Of a stretch of 53,238 bases of DNA, positions 1 to 8,754 are shown piece by piece (the first letter of the stretch is position 1; the number at the start of each line of letters is the position of its first letter). The notes under the pieces were generated by a model. It did not search any database and had not been told where the DNA came from. It saw only the letters and a program-made list of their open reading frames with translations. Source of the DNA: an uncultured Anaerolineae bacterium (GTDB lineage: Bacteria; Chloroflexota; Anaerolineae; Aggregatilineales; Ch27); the NCBI GenBank assembly GCA_964533805.1, contig CAZHMJ010000004.1, forward strand, positions 1-53,238, in the 5' to 3' direction. A program made the translations under genes and the position numbers.

Positions 1-217
1 GGACTCGATCCGCGCCCTGGTCGCCCAGCAGACCTTCGTCGCCGAGTGTTTCGTCCTTGCCCCGCAACGCGCCGAAAATACCGGAGAGGAGATCCCGGAC
101 AAGCTCCAGCCGTGTCAACACATACACGATCCCGATCACGACGATCAGAAGTCCGCAAAGCACCCCGCAGACCAGGGTCAGTGTAGCCAGTCCGGTTCCC
201 AGAGGCGAGACGTCCAT
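1..217 (-). CDS. hypothetical small membrane protein, N-terminal part only (frame runs off the window start)
   Basis: ATG at 217..215 (minus) opens a frame that stays open to base 1. It reads MDVSPLGTGLATLTLVCGVLCGLLIVVIGIVYVLTRLE... and has one hydrophobic helix. It is absent from the ORF track because there is no stop in the window. Confidence 0.3.
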   Translation of the reverse strand, partial: MDVSPLGTGLATLTLVCGVLCGLLIVVIGIVYVLTRLELVRDLLSGIFGALRGKDETLGDEGLLGDQGADRV

Positions 218-241
218 ATCGGCGAGTGTGCGCCCCCCGTA

Positions 242-1207
242 TCAACTGGCAGGGATGGCTTCAGGATTAACCACATTGGCGTATTTGTGAGCCAGCAGCG
301 CGTCGCGCACCAGTTCGGCCGCCTGGCGAGCCACGGTGAGCTGCGCTTCGACCGTGCTGGCGCCCAGGTGCGGCGTGTGGATCACACCCTTCAGCCCCAC
401 CAGCGGGAAGCCCTCCGCGGGCGGCTCGGTCGGATAGACGTCCAACGCGGCTCCAGCCACCTTGCCGTTCCTGATCGCCTCAGCCAGTGCCTCCGAGTCG
501 ATCAGGGTGCCGCGCGCCGCGTTGATGATCCGCACACCGGTCTTCATCTTTGCCAGGGATGTGGCGTTGATCATACCCTTGGTAGCTTCATTGGCAGGCG
601 CGTGCAAGGAGATGATGTCGCTCCGCGAGTACAGCTCTTCCAGGGACACCGGCTCGACCCCGGCCTCGCGAAGGGATTCCGCGGTGGCCACCGGATCGAA
701 GCCGATCGTGGTCATCTCGAACGCCTGGGCGCGCTGGGCCACCGCCTTGCCGATGCGACCCACGCCGATCAGACCCAACGTCTTGCCATACAATTCGTTG
801 CCCATGAAGCTCTTGCGATCCCAGCGACCTTCGATCATCGACTGGTGCCCGGCGGGAATATGGCGGACCAATGCCAGCATCAGGCCGAAGGCATGTTCGG
901 CGGCCGCGATCGTGTTGCCGCCGGGGGTATTCATCACCACGATGCCACGCGCCGTCGCGGCCGGGACGTCGATGGTATCAACCCCGGCGCCAGCCCGTGC
1001 CACCACCTTGAGGCGCGGAGCCGCCGCGATGAAATCCGCATCGACTTTGGTGGCGCTGCGGACAATCAGCGCATCGGCATCGGCAGCTTCGGCCAGCGCG
1101 ACATCGCGGGCAAAAGAACCGGCCACCACGGTGAACTGCGCTTCGCGCTGGAGAATCTCCAGGCCCACGGAATCGAGATTATCGGAAATCAGGATTTTGA
1201 AGCCCAT
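242..1207 (-). CDS. D-isomer-specific 2-hydroxyacid dehydrogenase, short 3-phosphoglycerate-dehydrogenase-like (no ACT domain)
   Basis: Track ORF 242..1267. I prefer the internal Met21 start (MGFKILISDN...). NAD-binding motif GLIGVGRIGKAVA and C-terminal catalytic HLGAST are typical of the family. Confidence 0.8.
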   Translation of the reverse strand: MGFKILISDNLDSVGLEILQREAQFTVVAGSFARDVALAEAADADALIVRSATKVDADFIAAAPRLKVVARAGAGVDTIDVPAATARGIVVMNTPGGNTIAAAEHAFGLMLALVRHIPAGHQSMIEGRWDRKSFMGNELYGKTLGLIGVGRIGKAVAQRAQAFEMTTIGFDPVATAESLREAGVEPVSLEELYSRSDIISLHAPANEATKGMINATSLAKMKTGVRIINAARGTLIDSEALAEAIRNGKVAGAALDVYPTEPPAEGFPLVGLKGVIHTPHLGASTVEAQLTVARQAAELVRDALLAHKYANVVNPEAIPAS

Positions 1208-1286
1208 GACGGCATCGCCCCCCGCAACAGGAAGAATAAACGGCCCGCCGGCAAGTGTACCGGGCAATTTCAGTCCGTGGAGATGG

Positions 1287-1772
1287 TCAACTTATCTGAA
1301 CCCTGATCTCCAAAGCGCCCAAACGCAGCACGTCGCCGCTAACCAGCAGGTGCTGGAAATGGGGTTGCAGCCGCCGGCCATTGAGGAAAGTTCCGTTGGT
1401 GCTTTCGAGATCGGAGACAAACACCGCGCCTCGATCGACCCGAATGAGGGCATGCTGCCGGGAAACACCTTTTTCGCCGGCGCCCACTGGGGCAAAATCG
1501 ATCGATTCCGGGGCTGCGTCAGGGGGGACACAACGCCCAAGCAGGATGGACGCGCCACCCTTGACTGCGCACTCATAGGCCTGCTGTTCCGCGTTGAGGG
1601 TAATGGTATGGAGGGGACCACTGCCCACGCCGGATTTGACCCGAGGCTGGATACTGGACTCACCACCAATCTTGAGGCGACGGGTCAGCATGTCATCGGC
1701 TTGAAGCGCGCCGCAAACCTGGCAAAGCAGCTCGCCTTCCCGAATAGGTGAACCACATTGTGAGCAGTTCAT
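1287..1772 (-). CDS. FHA-domain protein with N-terminal zinc ribbon
   Basis: N-terminus has CSQCGSPI...CQVCG (two CxxC pairs). C-terminus has FHA hallmarks GR...VSRQHALI...DLESTNGTFLNGRRL. Confidence 0.85.
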   Translation of the reverse strand: MNCSQCGSPIREGELLCQVCGALQADDMLTRRLKIGGESSIQPRVKSGVGSGPLHTITLNAEQQAYECAVKGGASILLGRCVPPDAAPESIDFAPVGAGEKGVSRQHALIRVDRGAVFVSDLESTNGTFLNGRRLQPHFQHLLVSGDVLRLGALEIRVQIS

Positions 1773-1823
1773 GTTACCACTTGCCTAAGAGTTGTTCCAA
1801 GCATTTACCTCAGTCTAATCCAG

Positions 1824-1854
1824 TTCACGAATTATTTCCGAAAAAATTCGTGAA
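1824..1854. promoter_or_regulatory. perfect 10-bp inverted repeat TTCACGAATT-N11-AATTCGTGAA in an AT-rich spacer (candidate operator)
   Basis: Read directly from the sequence. It lies 52 nt upstream of the FHA start codon and downstream of the dynamin pair. No U-tract follows on either strand, so it is not a typical terminator. Confidence 0.3.
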
Positions 1855-1969
1855 TCTTACCGATTGTATTGTGATTCCATTGTCGCCCAAACCATCAAAC
1901 ACCACCACCACCCATCAGTACCAATTAATGAGAGTGGCCCCCTCCAGCCATGCGGCACAGTGAAGCAGC

Positions 1970-3742
1970 TCATTTCTGTTCCGCCAGGGTGGGTTCCGGC
2001 ACCGTCTCGATCTCGTGCCGAAGCGTCTCAACCTGGGCCGACAGATCATGCAGAGTCTGCACGTCGCGCTCCGCGGCCTGCACAATGACCTCGAACCGGC
2101 TGAATACCGGGTCGAGGATCTGGTGCCCGTATTGCAGCAGACGGCTGCGCTCGCGTTCCGTCAGCTCGGCCATCGCCTGGGTATAGCTCCGCTCGAAGAT
2201 GTCCATCTGGCCGTCGAAGTCCCGCTTCACATCCTGGCGCAATCGCCGCCAGTAGCGCCAAGCGAAGTAACCTCCTCCGACGGCCAGCGGCGCACCGAGA
2301 ACAGCCCCAAGAGCAGCCAGCGGATAGGCCGCAATAGCCCCCGGAGTGGCAATTCCGAGAACGGCAGCGATCAGCCCACCCAGGCCCACGCCCAGGCTGG
2401 TCCCCAACCCGGTGACGTTGGTCTTGAAGCGCTCCTGCATGACGGTCAACATCTGGGTGTTGGAGTAGGCCCCCATCTCGACATCCGCGATGGCGATCGC
2501 TTCCTGCAAGGCCTGGCGCTGTTCTGAGTAGACTCCACCGTCCACCCCGCGCACATCCTGCTGCAAGATATCGTCCAACTGGCTGAGCCGCCGGACGATG
2601 TTCTGCCAGTAGCGGCGATTGCTGTCCACCAAAGCGTTAACATAATCGTTCGAGATATCGTTGATTTGGTCGAGCGTCCGGCCGATGACCCGTTCCTCGA
2701 ACTCACCACGCAGCGCCTCGTCGTTCGAAGCCTGGCCGGGCATCCGCACCTTGAAATTCGCGTCGATGAAGCGCATCCCGCGCTGGCGCACCTCCGCCAG
2801 CAGGCGGCTGACCTGGCCGATGCCGGCTGCCAGTTGGGCATCCATCGCCGCGGCGTGCGTTTTCAACTCTTGCTCGATCTGGGCGGTCTGATCCCGATTG
2901 CGGCCAATCAGATCCAGCCGGGTCTCCAAACGGTCGCGCTGTTTGAGCATCTGGCGCTGCGCCAGATCGAGCTGAGCAGCCAGCTTCTGGCGCGCGGGCG
3001 GCACCTGCTCGAACGTGGCCCGCAGATGGGCGCGCACCGCTTCCAGACCGCTATCCCCCTCGCCCGCCAGGGCGCGTTTGGCCGAGACCATGAAGATCAA
3101 TGGTTTGAGGCCCAGCCGCGTCTCAAGCTGGGACTGGACGAAGCGGCGCACGTCGGCCTGCTCGCGCGGCTCCAGCAGGTCGGTCTGGTTGATGACGACC
3201 ACGATCTTCTTGCCGAAGTCGCGGATCAGCTCCAGATACAGCCGGTCGGTCTCCCCCAGGGCACGCTTGGCCGACATGACGAAGATCACCAGATCGCTGC
3301 GATGCAGGAAATTGCGAGCGATCTCCTCGTGCTGGCGGAAGACCGAACCGGTGCCGGGCGTATCGACCAGGACGACGCCCGCCCCACCCAGGCCGGGATG
3401 GGTCCATTCCCGCACACCATCGTCGCGCAGCACCGAGCGCCGCGAGACGGCCTCGGCGTAGCGAATCAGCTCGATCACCTCGGTCGTAGGGGTAATGCCC
3501 GTTGGGAGCAGGTCGTCCCCCAGCAAGGCGTTGATGAAGGACGATTTGCCCGCGTTGAACTCGCCGACCACGACCACCATGAAGAACATGTAACGCAGAT
3601 CGTCGGCGACCTCGCGCAGCCGCTGGCGATCGGCCTCGCCCTCCGGCGAAAGGCCAGCCAGCACATCCCCGATATCGTGCAGGAGGCGAATCTCCCGCTC
3701 GCGCAGATCGGCCAGGGCGCCTGCCAGAACGTGGTCGTTCAT
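1970..3742 (-). CDS. bacterial dynamin-like GTPase (BDLP), downstream member of a pair
   Basis: P-loop GEFNAGKSSFINALLG, G3 VDTPGTGS, G4 INQTDLL. Long coiled-coil stalk and a Gly/Ala-rich hydrophobic hairpin near the C-terminus (GLGGLIAAVLGIATPGAIAAYPLAALGAVLGAPLAVGGGYFAW). Confidence 0.85.
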   Translation of the reverse strand: MNDHVLAGALADLREREIRLLHDIGDVLAGLSPEGEADRQRLREVADDLRYMFFMVVVVGEFNAGKSSFINALLGDDLLPTGITPTTEVIELIRYAEAVSRRSVLRDDGVREWTHPGLGGAGVVLVDTPGTGSVFRQHEEIARNFLHRSDLVIFVMSAKRALGETDRLYLELIRDFGKKIVVVINQTDLLEPREQADVRRFVQSQLETRLGLKPLIFMVSAKRALAGEGDSGLEAVRAHLRATFEQVPPARQKLAAQLDLAQRQMLKQRDRLETRLDLIGRNRDQTAQIEQELKTHAAAMDAQLAAGIGQVSRLLAEVRQRGMRFIDANFKVRMPGQASNDEALRGEFEERVIGRTLDQINDISNDYVNALVDSNRRYWQNIVRRLSQLDDILQQDVRGVDGGVYSEQRQALQEAIAIADVEMGAYSNTQMLTVMQERFKTNVTGLGTSLGVGLGGLIAAVLGIATPGAIAAYPLAALGAVLGAPLAVGGGYFAWRYWRRLRQDVKRDFDGQMDIFERSYTQAMAELTERERSRLLQYGHQILDPVFSRFEVIVQAAERDVQTLHDLSAQVETLRHEIETVPEPTLAEQK

Positions 3743-5583
3743 GCCTCACTCCGTTCCCAGAACCCGCCAATCTCCCCCGCGAAGGCCGCGAACTCCTCCT
3801 CCATCCGGCGCAGGTCGCCCGCCAGTTCAGACTGCCGGGCGGTCTGGGCCGCGATCAGGCGTGTGAACGGCGCGGCGACATCCTGCCGCATCCGGACGCC
3901 AGAGTTGATCTGCTCCGCGGCTGCTTCTTTGACCACCGTCTGATAACGTTGGGCAAGCTCGAACATACGCTGGGAAAAGGTCTTGGCAATCCGGTTGCCC
4001 CGGAAAGCCATCACCGCCACCCCAATCAGCATCAGGCCCAGCGCGCCCAAAACTAGCAAAATCGGGACGCCTACGTTCGACCAATCGACCGCCAGGACGC
4101 CCAGCAACACGATGGCGACCACAACCGCAAGTTCCCAGCCGGCCAGCAGCACCAGACTGTTGCGCACCGCCTGGTCGAGCCGGCCCGGCTCCACCTTACG
4201 CGCCTCCCGTTCGATCTCGTCCAACTCGGCACGAATCCGGCGCAGTGGCTCGCGATTGTAGCTGACCGGAGGGCGCACCTCGCCGATCACCCTGTTCTGC
4301 AACGGCTCCGGCAGCGCCTTGATCGCCTGGGTGGTGTGGGTTGCCAGGTCGTCGAGGTCCTGCATGTCTCGCCCCTCGAGGCGCGGGCCGAGATCGCCCA
4401 CGATCTTCGCCAGTTCGTCCAAGGGCTGCATGACCTCGTGAGTGTCGAAAGCAGTCTGCGCGCGCGAAGGCCGGCCCAGCCCACGGGCGATACGGGCTAG
4501 ACCCAACAGTTCACCCAGGCCCGCCGTGAACTGCCCCAGCGCCCGCGTGGGCTGGAAAAGCTCCCGGATCGCATCCTCGCCGCGCATGGATGCTTCGGCG
4601 AAAACGCCCGCCACCTGGCTCAGGGAAGCCTCGACCAGGGATTCCTGCTGCTGGCGAGCCACGCCGATCTGGGCGTCAATGTTCTCCTGCACGCTGCGGT
4701 GACGATCCAGCGCCTGTTGCTGGCGCTTGACCGCGGTCTGGGCTTTGGTCAGGACATTCCGGGCGATCTGCAAGGGGGTCTGGAGCTTCTGGCGCAGCCG
4801 TTCGCGATCGTCCAACGCCCCGGTCAGGTAATCTTCGAACGCGGCCATGCCGCTCGCCTGCCAGGCGACCGCGTCGGGCGGGTTGGCCCGGCGGGCGGCC
4901 AACCCCTGCCGCGCAGAGACCAGGAACACATCCGGTTCCGTCCCCAGATGGAGACTGGACTGTTCCACGACGAAATCACGGACAGTCGCCTGTTGCTCGT
5001 CGTCCAGCAGATCGACCTGGTTGACCACGACCAGCACGTGTTTCCCGTAGGATTTGAGCGTCTCCAGGTATTTCAGATTGCTGGCCGAAAGAGCCTGGGT
5101 CGCCAGCATGACCAACACCACCCAGTCCGAGCGATGCAGGAAAGCATCCGTGCGCTCGCTGTGCTGGGCGAAGACCGACTCGAGGCCGGGCGTATCCACC
5201 AGGCTGATCTGGCGCAGCAGGGGCGCGGGATGGAAGATGGTCTCGACTCCATCCTGAGCGCCTGCTTTTTCGAATGCCTCGCCATACCGCAAGATCGCCA
5301 CCTGGCTGGTAGTGGGCACGGGCCCGGTGACAAGGATTTCGTCGCCCAGCAAGGCATTGATCAGACTGGATTTTCCGACGCCGAAGGGGCCAATCAGAGT
5401 CAGCAGAAAGGGATGGTCGGAGTGAAAAACGGCATCCCGGGCCTGGGCCATCAGCTCCGGCTCCAGCCCATCGACACGCGGCAGGGTATCCACCAGACGC
5501 AGCAAGGCGGTATTCTCGCGCCGGCGAAGATCATCATAAGCCACCAGAATATCGGGCGTGGGCGCAAACAGTTTACCGATCAA
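3739..5583 (-). CDS. bacterial dynamin-like GTPase (BDLP), upstream member of a pair
   Basis: P-loop GPFGVGKSSLINALLG, G3 VDTPGLES, G4 VNQVDLL. C-terminal double-helix hydrophobic hairpin. Its stop overlaps the next start as ATGA (3739..3742), indicating translational coupling. Confidence 0.85.
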   Translation of the reverse strand: MIGKLFAPTPDILVAYDDLRRRENTALLRLVDTLPRVDGLEPELMAQARDAVFHSDHPFLLTLIGPFGVGKSSLINALLGDEILVTGPVPTTSQVAILRYGEAFEKAGAQDGVETIFHPAPLLRQISLVDTPGLESVFAQHSERTDAFLHRSDWVVLVMLATQALSASNLKYLETLKSYGKHVLVVVNQVDLLDDEQQATVRDFVVEQSSLHLGTEPDVFLVSARQGLAARRANPPDAVAWQASGMAAFEDYLTGALDDRERLRQKLQTPLQIARNVLTKAQTAVKRQQQALDRHRSVQENIDAQIGVARQQQESLVEASLSQVAGVFAEASMRGEDAIRELFQPTRALGQFTAGLGELLGLARIARGLGRPSRAQTAFDTHEVMQPLDELAKIVGDLGPRLEGRDMQDLDDLATHTTQAIKALPEPLQNRVIGEVRPPVSYNREPLRRIRAELDEIEREARKVEPGRLDQAVRNSLVLLAGWELAVVVAIVLLGVLAVDWSNVGVPILLVLGALGLMLIGVAVMAFRGNRIAKTFSQRMFELAQRYQTVVKEAAAEQINSGVRMRQDVAAPFTRLIAAQTARQSELAGDLRRMEEEFAAFAGEIGGFWERSEA

Positions 5584-5677
5584 CGTTCACCACCATGAAT
5601 CCTCTAGGCCAGGTTCCTGGATTATACCACCCGGCCGGACGGCACAGTGATCACCCTGGGCTGCGAAGAAGGGAGCG

Positions 5678-5929
5678 TTATGTTTTGTGGCCGTAATACG
5701 CATAGTTAGCCTGGATGTCGGCCCGCAAAAAGTCGGGAACCTCGGCCTCCGGCCAGATGGCGTTGTATGGACAGGCAGGGACACACAACCCGCAGTCGAT
5801 GCACGCCAGCGGATCAATATAGTAGTACGGCCATTCCTCCGGTGGGTTGCCCGGCTGGATGCAGTCGACCGGGCAGACTTCGGCGCACCCACCGTGCCGG
5901 TTGCATAGTCCGGTGATGACGTGGGTCAT
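5678..5929 (-). CDS. ferredoxin, FdxA-like (7Fe type pattern)
   Basis: C..GGCAEVCPVDCI and CIDCGLCVPACPYNAI cluster motifs. The start overlaps the aldolase stop by 4 nt. Confidence 0.85.
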   Translation of the reverse strand: MTHVITGLCNRHGGCAEVCPVDCIQPGNPPEEWPYYYIDPLACIDCGLCVPACPYNAIWPEAEVPDFLRADIQANYAYYGHKT

Positions 5930-7326
5930 GACGCATCACTGGCGAGGAAATCACCCGGCGGTCGGGGCTGGGGGCCATTCGGCACATAACGATCGACAAG
6001 ATCGCGCGTCCCCGCCACGTTCAGTTGGGCAAACAGGAATTCCAACCGCTGCTGCCACGCCTCCCGGATGTAGCCTCGTACATCCTCTCCCAGCGCCCAC
6101 AGCCGTTCCTTGAACGGGCCAATGACCCGCTTTCGTTCCCGGTAATAGAACTGCTCCACCGACTCGGCCGGCCGGCGATGATGGGCATGGTAGGCATCCA
6201 GGTAAGCATACATCTCGCGCCGCAGGTCATGCGGAAAAGCCTGATGTTCGAACAGGATATTCTGGAAATCCGTGGCGAGGTGAATCTCAGCCGTCTGGCT
6301 CTGGATGAACTTAAAAAACACACTGGACGGCAGGGTGCTCGCGCCGTGCTGGACCGCGCCAGCCAGGCCGTACTCACGCGCCACCTGGGACAGGCGCAGC
6401 AGCGCGCCGAAATCGAGCGCGACGCTCGCCACCCGACCATCCGGCAGGAGCAACCCGCCCTTAAGGGTGCCGGTCTGGACCGTGATCTTGCTCAGCCCGG
6501 CCAGGCCCTCGCCCAGGCTCCGCCGCAATCCCTCCAGGAACGCGCGCAATTCCGGCTCGGTCGAATTGGCATTGGCCTGATCCCCGATCTCGCCGCCAAT
6601 GGTGATGGTCACTCCCGCCGGCTGGTGAGCGCGAATGAACGCGATCAACTCGGCGGTGAGCGCGTAATTGTCATGCTGCTGCCGGTTCGCATTCTTGAGA
6701 TCCGGCTTTGCGAGCGTCGATGCATCCAGATCGAAGTGGTAGAAGCCCGCCTGAATGGATTCAATAATCAAGATTTGCAGGGCGTTCAGTTCGGAGGCTG
6801 AATCGCGGTGGTAGGCATCCGGATGAATCTTGAAATGATCCCCCTGGACGAATACAGGGCCACGATACCCGGCCTGGATCGCGCCGGCCAGGATACAGGC
6901 CACATATTCCGCCGGCTCCTGGTTGGTATAGGCCATCTCGGAGCGGGCCAGTTCCAGCAGGAACGCCCCGGCGCGCTGTTTGACTGCTGCGCCAAACACC
7001 ACCTGAGCCATGTCGTAAGGCAATGCGCGCAAATTGAAGGCAGGCACGGTGAAGGCAGGCTCCACCTCTCCTCGCCCGCGCGCCGCATACAGATCATAGG
7101 CCGAGGCGGGGAAGATCCCCAACCCGGCAGCAACATGCCAGATCAACCAGCGCGCGGTGGCTCGCTCCGGGTCGTGACCAAAGACCGCCACCCGTATCAG
7201 ATCGTTCAGGACCGGGCCGCGCAGTTGCCCAATCTGGCTCACCAGCAGCCGGGGATAGTCCTCCAACGGGGCATCCCCGACCAGTGGAGCCAGGAACTCG
7301 TCTAGCGCCCTGACCAGCATACGCAC
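5926..7326 (-). CDS. class II (metal-dependent) ketose-bisphosphate aldolase family protein, long form
   Basis: [18 protein letters not shown] (the Asp-His of class II aldolases), GGEIGD and VQHGAST segments match the F_bP_aldolase fold. At 466 aa it is longer than classical FbaA. Confidence 0.65.
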   Translation of the reverse strand: MRMLVRALDEFLAPLVGDAPLEDYPRLLVSQIGQLRGPVLNDLIRVAVFGHDPERATARWLIWHVAAGLGIFPASAYDLYAARGRGEVEPAFTVPAFNLRALPYDMAQVVFGAAVKQRAGAFLLELARSEMAYTNQEPAEYVACILAGAIQAGYRGPVFVQGDHFKIHPDAYHRDSASELNALQILIIESIQAGFYHFDLDASTLAKPDLKNANRQQHDNYALTAELIAFIRAHQPAGVTITIGGEIGDQANANSTEPELRAFLEGLRRSLGEGLAGLSKITVQTGTLKGGLLLPDGRVASVALDFGALLRLSQVAREYGLAGAVQHGASTLPSSVFFKFIQSQTAEIHLATDFQNILFEHQAFPHDLRREMYAYLDAYHAHHRRPAESVEQFYYRERKRVIGPFKERLWALGEDVRGYIREAWQQRLEFLFAQLNVAGTRDLVDRYVPNGPQPRPPGDFLASDAS

Positions 7327-7441
7327 TCCTTCAGGCGCGGCCGCGCAAATACAACCGGGACAATCGCAATCCTATTCTACTCGATCGTGGTACCCGTGTG
7401 TATTTTGTACCAAAACCATTGTTTTTCGAGTGGCATCTTTG

Positions 7442-7450
7442 TGGTAGTAT
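7442..7450 (+). promoter_or_regulatory. candidate extended -10 element TGGTAGTAT for the phosphofructokinase gene
   Basis: TGnTAnnAT-like element about 80 nt upstream of ATG 7530 in the divergent spacer. No convincing -35. Confidence 0.3.
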
Positions 7451-7529
7451 GTATCTGGCCTCACAGACGATCGTGGTCAGGATCACACTGAAATTGCGCA
7501 GTTATATATGTGTTCAAGGAGAACCTCCT

Positions 7530-8681
7530 ATGCGTATTGCAGTGTTGACAGGGGGGGGGGACGTTCCGGGCCTCAACCCTGCAATCAAAGCTATTGTCAA
7601 CCGCGCGATTGACAACGGCTACGAAGTCCTCGGCATTCGCCGTGGATGGGCAGGTCTGCTGGAATACAACCTGGAAGACGATCGCGACAACTGGCGCTGC
7701 GTGATTCCGCTGGACAAGCAGGCGGTTCGCCGGGTTGACCGTTCGGGTGGCACCTTCCTTCACACGTCGCGGACCAATCCGGGCCGCGTCAAGCCCAAGG
7801 ATATCCCTGAATTGCTGCGGGAAGAAGGCAAGGAATACACCGACATCCAGGACTTCACGCCGCATGTGCTGAAAGTCGTCGAGAAGCTTGGCATCGACTG
7901 CCTGATCCCGATCGGCGGCGACGATACCCTGAGTTACGGCGAGCGCATGCACAACGAGGGCTGCCGGGTGATCGCCATCCCCAAGACGATGGACAACGAC
8001 GTCTATGGGACGGACTACTGCATCGGCTTCTCAACCGCCGTCACCCGCAGTGTCGAGTTCATCCACAATCTGCGCACCTCCGCCGGCTCGCACGAGCGAA
8101 TTGCCGTGGTGGAACTGTTCGGCCGCAACTCCGGCGAGACCTCACTGATCTCGGCTTATCTAGCGGGCGTCGACCGTGCCCTGATTTCCGAAGTCCCCTT
8201 CGACGTCGAGCGGCTGGCCGACCTCATTCTACATGACAAACTGGATAACCCCAGCAACTATGCGATGGTGACGGTCTCGGAAGGCGCGTTCCCGATCGGC
8301 GGCATGGTCATGGAGCGCGGCGAGGCCGACGCGTACGGCCATCGCAAGCTGGGCGGCATCGGCGAATGGCTGGGCGAGAAGATCGAAGAACTGACCGGCA
8401 AGCGCGTCCTCTACCAGCAGATCGGCTACCTGATGCGCAGTGGTGTGCCGGACTCGCTTGACCTGATGGTAGCCGCCAACTACGCCCAGATGGCGATGGG
8501 CCTGGTCGAGCGCGGCGAGTCAGGCCGGCTGGTCTGTCTGCAACGCGGCGTGTACAGCGACATCCCGATCTCGACCCTGTCCCAGGGCAAGAAGCGCGTC
8601 AACGTGCCCGAACTGTACGACGCCGATCAGTACGTCCCCAGGATGCGTCATGTCTTCGGCATGCCGATGTTCCTGACCTAA
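7530..8681 (+). CDS. pfk: 6-phosphofructokinase, with residues diagnostic of the PPi-dependent type
   Basis: Start moved to [16 protein letters not shown] (RBS AAGGAGA at 7516..7522). PFK family motifs are present. IGGDDT (Asp where ATP-PFKs have Gly) and PKTMDND (Lys where ATP-PFKs have Gly). Confidence 0.85.
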   Translation: MRIAVLTGGGDVPGLNPAIKAIVNRAIDNGYEVLGIRRGWAGLLEYNLEDDRDNWRCVIPLDKQAVRRVDRSGGTFLHTSRTNPGRVKPKDIPELLREEGKEYTDIQDFTPHVLKVVEKLGIDCLIPIGGDDTLSYGERMHNEGCRVIAIPKTMDNDVYGTDYCIGFSTAVTRSVEFIHNLRTSAGSHERIAVVELFGRNSGETSLISAYLAGVDRALISEVPFDVERLADLILHDKLDNPSNYAMVTVSEGAFPIGGMVMERGEADAYGHRKLGGIGEWLGEKIEELTGKRVLYQQIGYLMRSGVPDSLDLMVAANYAQMAMGLVERGESGRLVCLQRGVYSDIPISTLSQGKKRVNVPELYDADQYVPRMRHVFGMPMFLT

Positions 8682-8697
8682 AGCTCGCTTTCAAGTC

Positions 8698-8738
8698 GAA
8701 ACAAAACAGGGACGGCTTCGGTCGTCCCTGTTGTTTTT
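8698..8738. terminator. bidirectional intrinsic terminator between convergent pfk and GT2 genes
   Basis: gaaacaaaa-CAGGGACG-gcttcggt-CGTCCCTG-ttgttttt. 8-bp GC stem (extendable, UUCG-type loop) flanked by an A-run and a T-run. Confidence 0.75.
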
Positions 8739-8754
8739 CCAGCGAACACCCCAT

